Made by a program: the position numbers and the translations under genes. Shown piece after piece: positions 9,663 through 18,146 of a DNA stretch of 64,000 nt. The notes below the pieces were generated by a model. It was not told the origin of the DNA and did not search any database. It saw nothing but the letters and a program-made list of their open reading frames with translations. Source of the stretch: Candidatus Tenderia sp. (GTDB lineage: Bacteria; Pseudomonadota; Gammaproteobacteria; Tenderiales; Tenderiaceae); assembly GCA_031416075.1 (NCBI GenBank), contig JANOSY010000017.1, forward strand, positions 1-64,000. Direction: 5' to 3'. How positions within the stretch are numbered: position 1 is the first letter of the stretch; the number at the start of each line of letters is the position of its first letter.

Positions 9663-10655
9663 TCAGCCGCCTACTGCTTTTTTGAACACCGACAACAACC
9701 CTTGTGGAATCTCTCTCCCAGATTGCGCCTCATCATCGATCCACCTGACGTTTATCCGTTTCTCATCATAAACGTCCCCATGCCAGTGCACTTCCAACCC
9801 CCGTCCTCCGTCATCGTGCGCCCAAGTGTATACACGCAGTCGCTCTCCATCAGCCGTGTGATTGTCATCTATCAACGTTATTGCACCTGAGCCATAATCA
9901 AACGCATCCAAGGCCGCAGCCTGTTTGGCGCTCATCAATTGAATCATGAAGACAGCTTGAACCGGGGCCGCATTCCCGTTACCTCGCTCGCCTGCTACAC
10001 CCACCTTTTTTGCTTGTACCGTTGCGCCATGCACCTCCGACTTCGCCCCCATCACATCCGCCTCATGCTCCAGCCCCTTGTCATCATTGACCGGCACTCC
10101 AGCTTTCATCTGCATCGTCGGCTTCACCCGGCCCTGCGCCTGCTGGACGACGTGCCACGCCTCATGCGGCAGATGCTGCTCCTGCCCCGGCGCGACGTGG
10201 ATGTCACTGCCTTGCGCGTAGGCCAGGGCGTTGAGTTGTGCGGGCTGGGCGGAGTTGTAGTGAACCTTGACGTTGTCCATCGACATCCCGGAAAGGTTTT
10301 CGATGCCGGACTTGAGATTGTCCGGTAGCCCTGTATTGTTGGGTTCCGCCTCGGCCTGTTTTTCCAGCTGCGCCGGCGCTGTAGTCGCAGATTTACCCTG
10401 CAACAGCGCCTCGTCCTCCACTCGCTGCGTCACACCGAACATCTGCTCATGTCGCATACGCTGCGCCACCATCATCGGAGAGTTGTGGATACCCTCAGCA
10501 AATTTTTGCACCACCCGTTGGTGTGGACTGGCCGCAACCATCGCCTCAAGTTGCGCGATCTGCTCAGTCTGCGGGGAGTCGGCCACCACGCCTCCTCTCT
10601 GCTGGGAGACCGGTTGGTGTTGTACTTTCGCTTGTTGGGGTTCCGCTTTTTGCAT
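9663..10655 (-). CDS. DUF4157 (eCIS core domain) protein with an unknown C-terminal domain
   Basis: NNTGLPDNLKSGIENLSG.SMD.VKVHYNS..PAQLNALAYAQG.DIH.APGQEQHLPHEAWHVVQQ.QGRV.PT and LEHEADVMG are hallmark DUF4157 motifs. Confidence 0.9.
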   Translation of the reverse strand: MQKAEPQQAKVQHQPVSQQRGGVVADSPQTEQIAQLEAMVAASPHQRVVQKFAEGIHNSPMMVAQRMRHEQMFGVTQRVEDEALLQGKSATTAPAQLEKQAEAEPNNTGLPDNLKSGIENLSGMSMDNVKVHYNSAQPAQLNALAYAQGSDIHVAPGQEQHLPHEAWHVVQQAQGRVKPTMQMKAGVPVNDDKGLEHEADVMGAKSEVHGATVQAKKVGVAGERGNGNAAPVQAVFMIQLMSAKQAAALDAFDYGSGAITLIDDNHTADGERLRVYTWAHDDGGRGLEVHWHGDVYDEKRINVRWIDDEAQSGREIPQGLLSVFKKAVGG

Positions 10656-10827
10656 GGTCTTTTCACACGTCCTGGTTAAGTTTCAACAATCCTTTAAACA
10701 ATCACCCTGCACTTCGCGTTTGGGTATCGCTAATAGCATAGGGACTATAGACTATTTGAAGATAGCCGCGTCAAACCTTGCTATCATAAAGCCACTTTTA
10801 GCCCGCTTCTGAAGGATAGGATCAACC

Positions 10828-12105
10828 ATGGATACATCGGCCATCGACTGGAACATCGCCTGCCACCTGGATTATGGCAACCACACCAGCGCGGTTGTGA
10901 TTGTGCAACGTCAAGGCGGCAAAAGCAGTGTCACCACCCTTGCCAGCGCCCCAGCCAAGGGTGGTGATTTTAACCGCCGCTCAGTCTTTCTTGGTGTCAA
11001 TTCAGAGGGTTGCGCCCTGATTCTGGACCCTGTGACCAAAGCAGTCACCGCCAGCAAACAGGTAGAGAGCGACTGCCGTTTTAACTACGCCTACCGCGAT
11101 CCCGGCTCAGTGCGTCTCTGGTACAGCAACGACGGTGATGAGAATGGCAACGATACCCTGAACTGTGGTGATAACGGTGCAACCGTCACTGTCGCCTCCG
11201 AGACCAATGGCACTGGCGAGGTGCTGGAGACGCTGTTGGTCGGCCGTGGCCACCACGTCTCTGCCTTTACCCGCCCCACCCCCGGCAATAGCCAGATTCC
11301 ACACCGCGCCTTTATCAGCAATCTGGAGGATGGCACCCTATCGATTGTGGGCAATGACCCCAGCGATGCCATCACCTTCCTTAAGGTGATTACCACCATT
11401 AATCTATTTGATCCCCGTTTTGAAAAAGAGGGGGCTGCGGGTGTGCCCAACAACGCCTTCCCCCATGGCATGGAGTTCTCGCCGGTCACTGGCAAGGTTT
11501 ACAACCTCAACAACGGCTATAACAGCGTAGCGGTGATTGATCCGTTGACCTTCGAGGTGGAGTGCACTGTACCCATGCCGCTCAGCAGTAATCTGCTACT
11601 GAGCCGTTGTGGTAAGTTTTTGATCGGCAAGGGGGCAGACCGCAAGGCAGACCCTGACCATGTCATCGGCCGTTTGAGTGTCCTGGATGTCACCAAAACC
11701 GAGCTTAGTACGGCCCTCGACATCCAGGACTTCTACCCTAGTGTCTACCGCTTCAACCTCACTGGCGACCGCCTTTATGTCACCGGTGCCTCTACCGGCA
11801 AGGGGGTTCAGCTGGAGAACCTGCACAACGATGTCGTCCAGGTTTATGACAGCACCAAGCTGCCTGCACTGACCCTGATCCATGAGATCAAACTGGAGCC
11901 GTGTGCCGCCGGTCGCCGCCCCATCGCCTTCCTGCAACAGCAGCAGGCGTCACCGATCATCCTCATCCCCAACCTGACCCAGGGCACGCTGGCGGTGATT
12001 GACGGCGATAGCCATGAAGTGATGGAAACCATCACCCTTTGCAAAGAGAGCATCGAAGAGTTCAGCTTTGCCTTCTGGGGCAAACCTGAATTCCACGGTG
12101 CCTGA
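10828..12105 (+). CDS. Cytoplasmic YncE/YVTN-like beta-propeller protein (paralog A)
   Basis: Blade motifs (PHGMEFSP..GKVY, SVAVIDP.T, GTLAVIDG), no signal peptide, GRGHH and FPHG His motifs. Confidence 0.75.
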   Translation: MDTSAIDWNIACHLDYGNHTSAVVIVQRQGGKSSVTTLASAPAKGGDFNRRSVFLGVNSEGCALILDPVTKAVTASKQVESDCRFNYAYRDPGSVRLWYSNDGDENGNDTLNCGDNGATVTVASETNGTGEVLETLLVGRGHHVSAFTRPTPGNSQIPHRAFISNLEDGTLSIVGNDPSDAITFLKVITTINLFDPRFEKEGAAGVPNNAFPHGMEFSPVTGKVYNLNNGYNSVAVIDPLTFEVECTVPMPLSSNLLLSRCGKFLIGKGADRKADPDHVIGRLSVLDVTKTELSTALDIQDFYPSVYRFNLTGDRLYVTGASTGKGVQLENLHNDVVQVYDSTKLPALTLIHEIKLEPCAAGRRPIAFLQQQQASPIILIPNLTQGTLAVIDGDSHEVMETITLCKESIEEFSFAFWGKPEFHGA

Positions 12106-12167
12106 TAACAACCCCTACGGCGGACCTGAGCGTCCGCCCCTTCAACCCACACAACAGATGGTTAACC

Positions 12168-12986
12168 ATGATTAAAGCAAGAACCCTGATCCAGACCGCC
12201 TTACTGCTCTGCCTCGCCTCCCTGTCACTGGCCCAGGCTGCAGAACGTAGCAGTGAAATCAACGCCATCATGACCGAAACCGGGTTTGATAAATTGGTGG
12301 AGCATGTGCCACAGTTTGCCCACAACACCCTGAAACAGAGCAGTGGTGCGCTGGAGCCAAAGGTCAACTCAGCCTTGAGCCAAGCCTTCAACCAGGCCTT
12401 TGCCAGCGCCGCTGTTCGCAAAGATGTACTGGCGCTGATCCAGGCCCATTACGATCCCAAGCAGGGGGCCGCCTATCTGCAACAGCTACAGTCGCCGCTC
12501 TCAAAAAAGATTGCCGAGCTGGAACGTACCAGTAACGCACCGGAAAGCCGCAATGATTTCAACGCCTTTGCAGCGACACTCAAAACCAAACCGGCATCAC
12601 CGGCGCGCCTGAAACAGATCGCACGGCTCGACAAAGCAACCCGCATCACCGACTTTGGCGTGGATATGCAGGCGGCCTTTTTTAAGGCGGTATTCACAGC
12701 CATCAATCCCGTGATGGAGAAGGATATGCGGGTAGGCAGCAGCGAAATGGATAAGATGGTAAAAGAGGTGCGCGACTCGTTCAATGGTGCATACAAGGAG
12801 GGCACCCAGCTGACCTACCTTTACACCTTCCGCAACCTCTCAGACCAGGAGTTGGAGACCCACATCAAACAGTGCGAAAGCAGCAGCTACCGCTGGGGCG
12901 TGCAGCTACTGGGGAACGCCATGATCTCGGCCCTGAATCAGGCCGCCGATCGCGCCTCTCTTGTCATGAGCCAAAACAACCCGTAA
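12168..12986 (+). CDS. Exported helical protein, DUF2059-like
   Basis: Sec signal peptide (LAQA cleavage) and C-terminal LYTFRNLSDQELE, similar to the DUF2059 Y..FT..EL motif. Confidence 0.65.
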   Translation: MIKARTLIQTALLLCLASLSLAQAAERSSEINAIMTETGFDKLVEHVPQFAHNTLKQSSGALEPKVNSALSQAFNQAFASAAVRKDVLALIQAHYDPKQGAAYLQQLQSPLSKKIAELERTSNAPESRNDFNAFAATLKTKPASPARLKQIARLDKATRITDFGVDMQAAFFKAVFTAINPVMEKDMRVGSSEMDKMVKEVRDSFNGAYKEGTQLTYLYTFRNLSDQELETHIKQCESSSYRWGVQLLGNAMISALNQAADRASLVMSQNNP

Positions 12987-13059
12987 TCACAACCTGTTGG
13001 CCGATATACGCACCATTGGCGCGTTGGCCATTTCAATAAATTTCAACCAAGGAGGTTTT

Positions 13060-13482
13060 ATGTCAAAATTCCTTATTGATTTACTACCGAGTATTATAAA
13101 AAAAGCATCATTTATTGTGCTTGGAGTGTTTGTTATTACCATATCGTACGCCAATACTTACAGTGCGAATTTTACGAAGCCCTTGCATTCAACCCAAAGT
13201 ATCATCATTGAAAATACAAATCTCACAGCAAAAGATTATTTTAATACTTCAATGAGTGGCTCTGTAGAAGAAAGAAGATACGCAGAGCTTTATTTGCTAG
13301 GCGTTCTTGATGCAACAGAAGGAAATGGGTGGTGTGACTATAAAACATATAAAACCATAACTATTGACGAAACGATTTTTGTAGAATTTAAAAAACTTAC
13401 AGATAATCAGCTTAATGAGCGAGCAGCAACTGTAATTAAAAAAATCCTCAGAAAACAATTTCCATGCAGGAGCATCAAGTGA
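13060..13482 (+). CDS. Rap1a/Tai-family T6SS immunity protein
   Basis: Signal peptide, AELYLLGVLDATEG..WCDY and ERAA.VI..IL...FPC; GGAGG RBS before ATG 13060. Confidence 0.85.
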   Translation: MSKFLIDLLPSIIKKASFIVLGVFVITISYANTYSANFTKPLHSTQSIIIENTNLTAKDYFNTSMSGSVEERRYAELYLLGVLDATEGNGWCDYKTYKTITIDETIFVEFKKLTDNQLNERAATVIKKILRKQFPCRSIK

Positions 13483-13967
13483 AGCCTTCCTTTATGGCGT
13501 TTAAAGCTAATCACTATTCATCAAACAAACACAATTCAAACTTCATGGGCAGTGAAGAGATATACAAGCTAATCGGATATGATATTGAAGAGTTGAAAAA
13601 GCAAAATCCGGGTTATGTAAACACCTGCGCGATCAGAATGAGTCTTGCCCTAATAAAATCTGGCATGAATTTTTCTGGCCGGTTAAAGATTAAAAATGGA
13701 CCATATAAAGGAAGAATGATTGAGCCGGGTGCAAAACTTTTGGCTGGTCAGCTAGCAAAGCCACAATTGTTTGGGAGACCAGAGCTGATCAGTCCTAGTA
13801 ATGCCGTTGTACGACTGAGTGGAAAAAAAGGTATGGTCTTATTCTGGAAGGTAACAGGTTATGGTGGTGGTCACATTGACTTGATAGAAACGTCCAATGC
13901 TGTACAGGTCTGTAACTCTGCATGTTATTTTTCATCCAAGGAAATATGGTTTTGGCCGTTGACATAA
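13479..13967 (+). CDS. Tae4-family (Ssp1-like) T6SS peptidoglycan amidase effector
   Basis: NTCAIRMS (catalytic Cys), IEPGAKLLA, GGHIDL (His/Asp) and CYF..KEIWFW. The GTG start overlaps the immunity stop (GTGA). Confidence 0.9.
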   Translation: MKPSFMAFKANHYSSNKHNSNFMGSEEIYKLIGYDIEELKKQNPGYVNTCAIRMSLALIKSGMNFSGRLKIKNGPYKGRMIEPGAKLLAGQLAKPQLFGRPELISPSNAVVRLSGKKGMVLFWKVTGYGGGHIDLIETSNAVQVCNSACYFSSKEIWFWPLT

Positions 13968-13972
13968 AAAAT

Positions 13973-14030
13973 GGCTAACAATACAAATCCACTCGGACAA
14001 ATCTCCGCCACGCTCGTTTGTGGCGATATA
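13973..14030 (+). other. Degenerate attC-like site
   Basis: GGCTAAC 5 bp after the stop, then AATACAAATCCACTCGGACAAATCTCCGCCACGCTCGTTTGTGGCGAT, which resembles short attC sites. The distal GTTRRRY is missing. Confidence 0.45.
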
Positions 14031-14066
14031 TCGACCTGCAGACTATTCAACAGAGCGTAGATCACC

Positions 14067-14378
14067 ATGGATGAATCAAAAGAAGCGCTGCGTATCCGCC
14101 TCAATGCTGAGACCGCACGACTGGCGTGGCCTGAACTGGAACGCCACTTCGCACGGGGTGTCGTCATCAAGGTCGCCACCGATTTAGACTTGATTGAGGC
14201 CGCCACACAGATTATTCAAGATGATAAGCCCGCCGTGGCAACGTGGATGGAAGCGGGGCAAATTGGCCACCCAACCCTCGACGATGCCCGTGACTGGGTT
14301 GAACGCCAGCCAGACTTCTGGACCGTTGTGGTTGCCCCCTGGGTCCTTATACAAGAGGTTGTGACGACGGCAGAGTAG
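14067..14378 (+). CDS. DUF2288 family protein
   Basis: LNAETAR.AW.ELERHFARG..I.V...LDL.E.A..I..DD...V..W and W.VVVAPWVLIQE. Confidence 0.85.
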   Translation: MDESKEALRIRLNAETARLAWPELERHFARGVVIKVATDLDLIEAATQIIQDDKPAVATWMEAGQIGHPTLDDARDWVERQPDFWTVVVAPWVLIQEVVTTAE

Positions 14379-14427
14379 CCCCATTACAACCCTATTCACA
14401 CGTATTCTACAGATCAGAGGCAGGAAG

Positions 14428-15687
14428 ATGAGCGTACCAGAAAACAAGAATATCGATTTTGCGTTGGCCTACTATGCCGGTGATCGCCAGACCGCCACCC
14501 TCACGGTAGTCCGCCGCAAAGAGGGGAAGACCACCATCACCCCTCTTGAAAATGGCCCTGAAAGTGGCCAGACAAAACTGCTCAAACCGATCCTGATCGG
14601 GCTAACAGCAGATCACCAGTTCATCACCTTGGAGCCACAAAACAAGACCATCACCCTCGCCAATACCTTTATTCCCGATGCCTTTGCCGCCCACATCTAC
14701 CCTGACCCCAGCTCCAACCGCGACTGGTTCATGAACGATGGTGACAAAGAGAGCGGCAACGACACCGTCAACTGTGGCACCAACGGCTCCTCAGTCACCA
14801 TCGTGGAAAACAGCAGCCAGACCACGGCCCGCTACGTCAAAACCATCTGTGTAGGCCGTGGCCACCACCAAGCACACTTTAGCTACCCTAGCGCCACCCT
14901 GCCTGACGTCCCCAAACAGGCCTACGTCAGCAGCCTCACCGACGGCACCATCTCCGTCATCGGCAACGATCCTGAAAACAGTACCAGCTATCTCCAGGTC
15001 ATCACCACCATCAACCTCTGCGAACCAGAAAAAGATGGCTTTGATCAGCCACAGATCCCCAACAACGCATTCCCTCATGGTCTGTCGTACTCAAAGGTGA
15101 CGGGCAAGGTCTACAACCTCAACAACGGCTACGGCACCATCGCCGTCATCGATCCACTGAGCCACACCATCGAACAGCGCATCCCCTTCAAAGGCTTCAG
15201 CAACCTGTTTATGAGCCCCTGTGGCCGCTACCTGATTGGCCGTGGTGCCGACCGCAAGTCCGACACCCACCACGTCATCGCCAAACTGGCCGCGCTCGAC
15301 GTCACCACCCTGGAGGTTGTCAGCCGGCTGGAGCTGCCCGACATCTATATCAGCAAATATTTTTTCAATCCGGAAGGCAGCAAACTCTACCTCACCACCG
15401 CCTCTTCCGGCAGTGACGAGCAGCTCAAAAACATCAAAACCGATACAGTGTTAATCTTTGACCTCACCCAATTGCCACAACTAAAACTGGAGCAGGAGCT
15501 GCGTCTTGGTGCCCCCACCGGCACCCTCGACTTTGTACAGCAGAGTGGTAAAACAGTGCTGGCCTTTGCCTCCAATGCACAGGAGGGGGTCGTCACCCTC
15601 ATCTGCGGCAGCGATAACCGCGTCCTTGAAAAACTCCCAGTGGTAGAACCCAGCCCACACTCCCGCCTCTGGGTACTGCCCAGCTAA
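14428..15687 (+). CDS. Cytoplasmic YncE/YVTN-like beta-propeller protein (paralog B)
   Basis: Colinear with 10828..12105 and shares VGRGHH, PNNAFPHG, VTGKVYNLNNGY and GADRK.D..HVI. Confidence 0.75.
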   Translation: MSVPENKNIDFALAYYAGDRQTATLTVVRRKEGKTTITPLENGPESGQTKLLKPILIGLTADHQFITLEPQNKTITLANTFIPDAFAAHIYPDPSSNRDWFMNDGDKESGNDTVNCGTNGSSVTIVENSSQTTARYVKTICVGRGHHQAHFSYPSATLPDVPKQAYVSSLTDGTISVIGNDPENSTSYLQVITTINLCEPEKDGFDQPQIPNNAFPHGLSYSKVTGKVYNLNNGYGTIAVIDPLSHTIEQRIPFKGFSNLFMSPCGRYLIGRGADRKSDTHHVIAKLAALDVTTLEVVSRLELPDIYISKYFFNPEGSKLYLTTASSGSDEQLKNIKTDTVLIFDLTQLPQLKLEQELRLGAPTGTLDFVQQSGKTVLAFASNAQEGVVTLICGSDNRVLEKLPVVEPSPHSRLWVLPS

Positions 15688-15696
15688 CCCTTATCA

Positions 15697-15722
15697 GGCC
15701 CGGAACAGCGTTCCGGGTCTTC
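15697..15722 (+). terminator. Intrinsic terminator after propeller B
   Basis: GGCCCGGAAC-AGC-GTTCCGGGTC followed by TTT. Confidence 0.6.
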
Positions 15723-15759
15723 TACATTTCCCCTTCAAAACAGAGGGATAATTTCACAC

Positions 15760-15788
15760 TTGCACGGTCGGGAAAGTTTGATTACTGT
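15760..15788 (+). promoter_or_regulatory. sigma70-type promoter
   Basis: TTGCAC-N17-TACTGT upstream of the small membrane-protein gene. Confidence 0.5.
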
Positions 15789-15907
15789 AGACGGCCCGCC
15801 CACCACAAGAACAGTTGGCGCGGGGCTACAAAAAAAAGCCACTTATATGTTTTGGGAGAGACCTGTAAGCGGTGTCACACGACATCAACCGTAAGGGGAG
15901 TAACTGT

Positions 15908-16054
15908 ATGAACAGCAATAAAAACAATCCATTTTTAGCACTGGGTGCAGCAATTGTGGGCATTGCCTCCATTTTGGTCACCAGCTTTGTCAGCATCGCT
16001 GGCGGTTTGGCCTTAATGTTGTTGCCACTCCTGATGATTTACAAAGCGGGCTAA
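15908..16054 (+). CDS. Small (48 aa) hydrophobic membrane protein
   Basis: AAGGGGAG RBS, MNSNKNNPFLALGAAIVGIASILVTSFVSIAGGLALMLLPLLMIYKAG, with its own promoter and terminator. Confidence 0.65.
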   Translation: MNSNKNNPFLALGAAIVGIASILVTSFVSIAGGLALMLLPLLMIYKAG

Positions 16055-16103
16055 CCCATTCGCGGTGTTGCAACAATGCACCTTCATACCTGCTCCGCTC
16101 TGT

Positions 16104-16127
16104 AAAAGCCCCTAACGGGGCTTTTTT
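16104..16127 (+). terminator. Intrinsic terminator
   Basis: AAAAGCCCC-TAAC-GGGGCTTTTTT. Confidence 0.85.
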
Positions 16128-16256
16128 ATATCTCCAGCATAAGGCTCACTTCATCAATCTCTAGTATTGTCCATTCCACGGCAGAGCTTTTAACCGTTTG
16201 TGACAACAGGTACCCCATCCAAATAACCGCTCATGATCAAGGAGAGATACGGGCAG

Positions 16257-17234
16257 ATGGCAAACACAATCATCACCATTGGGCTACTACTGTTAACCGC
16301 TCTATTTAGCGGAATATCACAGGCAGAGGTTTATCGCTGTGTCAGTGCAAACGGCAGCAACACATTTCAGGATCGCCCCTGTCAGGGCCAAACGGCTACC
16401 GCGCCACTCAATCAAATTAAAAAAGAGCGTCCGTTTTTATGGCAAGCCACTGCTGGAAAAGGGACGCTCTACTTATTGGGCTCGATCCATTTTGGCACCC
16501 CCGCCATGTACCCACTCCCAACCATCATTAGCACCACGTTTAACAACGCCGATACCCTGGTGGTCGAGGCCAATATTCTAGATGTCGATCCACTATCCGC
16601 GACTCGACTCTTCACTGAAAAAGCGCTCTACCACGATGGTTCAACCCTACAAAAAGAGTTAAATGCCACCACATGGCAGCAGCTAACAGCGGCCGCCCGC
16701 ACCTTCAACATACCTATTGAAATACTGAATAAACAGAAGCCCTGGTTTGCATCCATGACACTCACCGCGCTGGCACTTAACCACTTTGGCTACAGCGAAG
16801 CACTGGGCATTGATCGCCATTTCCTGAAACAGGCCCAAGGACAAAAAAAGATTGTCGAACTTGAAAGCCTGGAGTGGCAGCTGAGCCTGTTTGAGCAACT
16901 CACACCGCAGGGACAGGTGGCCATGCTGGAAGAGACTCTGCGTGAACTAAAAAATGGCAAATCTTTTTTTGAAAGTATGCTGCACGCTTGGAAAAGCGGC
17001 GACGCCGAGGCGCTCCAGGCACTGATCGATGAAAGCACGCCAAACGATGCCCATGCAGCACGCCTGAATCAACTTATCATCACCGACAGAAACCATTCCA
17101 TGACAAAGGTATTAAACAGACTGGCCAATCAAGGTGGTCACTATTTTGTTGTTGTAGGGGCCGGGCATTTAACCGGTAATGAAGGTATTATTGCACTACT
17201 TAAGAGACAGGGTTACCAGGTTTCCCAATATTGA
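16257..17234 (+). CDS. TraB/GumN family protein with an N-terminal DUF4124-like domain
   Basis: Signal peptide, EVYRCV...G...FQDRPC, LYLLGSIH, GID..F, LESLE.Q, DRN..M and VVVGAGHL. Confidence 0.85.
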   Translation: MANTIITIGLLLLTALFSGISQAEVYRCVSANGSNTFQDRPCQGQTATAPLNQIKKERPFLWQATAGKGTLYLLGSIHFGTPAMYPLPTIISTTFNNADTLVVEANILDVDPLSATRLFTEKALYHDGSTLQKELNATTWQQLTAAARTFNIPIEILNKQKPWFASMTLTALALNHFGYSEALGIDRHFLKQAQGQKKIVELESLEWQLSLFEQLTPQGQVAMLEETLRELKNGKSFFESMLHAWKSGDAEALQALIDESTPNDAHAARLNQLIITDRNHSMTKVLNRLANQGGHYFVVVGAGHLTGNEGIIALLKRQGYQVSQY

Positions 17235-17335
17235 ACACAACGGTGATTCAGCTTCTTGCAACATTGCCGACATCATTGATTCAAAATACGGAACACCCAA
17301 TCAACCCAAACTGAATAACTATACGGGGACTGTAA

Positions 17336-17632
17336 ATGACTGAGACTGTTGATACACCAAACTGGGATGTAGCACTGGCCAATCTGGCACGTGAAGAGTT
17401 TGAAATAAAAGGGGCCGATCTGACAATGGCCGATTTCACCCGTCTGGCCCAGGAGTACACCATTCGTCTGGACGACATTATGGTCACACTGTTTGAGCTG
17501 GTCATTGCCGACAAATGGCAGTACCACGGCGAACAGACCATCAGCCGCAAAATATTAAACGACTTGTACATCAATGGTCGTCTGCATGCAGATGATCTAA
17601 ATAATTTTGATGGTGGCTGGCGTCCGGAATGA
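17336..17632 (+). CDS. Hypothetical protein
   Basis: 98-aa ORF with GGGGA RBS and host-like codon usage. Confidence 0.7.
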   Translation: MTETVDTPNWDVALANLAREEFEIKGADLTMADFTRLAQEYTIRLDDIMVTLFELVIADKWQYHGEQTISRKILNDLYINGRLHADDLNNFDGGWRPE

Positions 17633-17872
17633 AGCCACCATTCCCAATAAAAATAGCCACCATTTTTATTTCAACTTTATGACTACCTGTTTTTGGGAAC
17701 CACCCACTTGCAAAAGCTTGTATTCCCATTACCAACCTGTCTATACTGCAAAAGCTGCAGGTATTGGTAGCGTCTATTTTTTTGTGGAACTCTGGTTGTT
17801 TCTATGAAATTTGAACTCAGTACCTGTTTGTTCTGGCTTAGTAATTGAAATAGTGTTTTGAGGTAATAGATT

Positions 17873-18079
17873 ATGGCAACAGGTACTGTAAAGTGGTTTA
17901 ACGACAGCAAGGGTTTTGGTTTTATCACTCCAGCTGAAGGCGGCGATGATGTATTTGTACATTTCTCTGCTATTCAAAGCGGTGGTTTCAAATCTCTTGC
18001 AGAGGGTCAGAAGGTCTCTTTTGAAACCGAAAAAGGTGCAAAAGGGGTTCAGGCAACCAACGTCGTTCCACAAGAGTAA
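17873..18079 (+). CDS. Cold-shock protein (CspA family)
   Basis: [15 protein letters not shown] (RNP1) and VFVHFSAI (RNP2); GAGG RBS and a long U-rich leader. Confidence 0.95.
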   Translation: MATGTVKWFNDSKGFGFITPAEGGDDVFVHFSAIQSGGFKSLAEGQKVSFETEKGAKGVQATNVVPQE

Positions 18080-18097
18080 ACCTTCACCGGTTTATAC

Positions 18098-18124
18098 AAA
18101 AAGCCCGCACACGCGGGCTTTTTT
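18098..18124. terminator. Bidirectional intrinsic terminator
   Basis: AAAAAGCCCGC-ACAC-GCGGGCTTTTTT between convergent csp and hrpB. Confidence 0.85.
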
Positions 18125-18146
18125 ATTGTCTGCCACAATTACCTGG

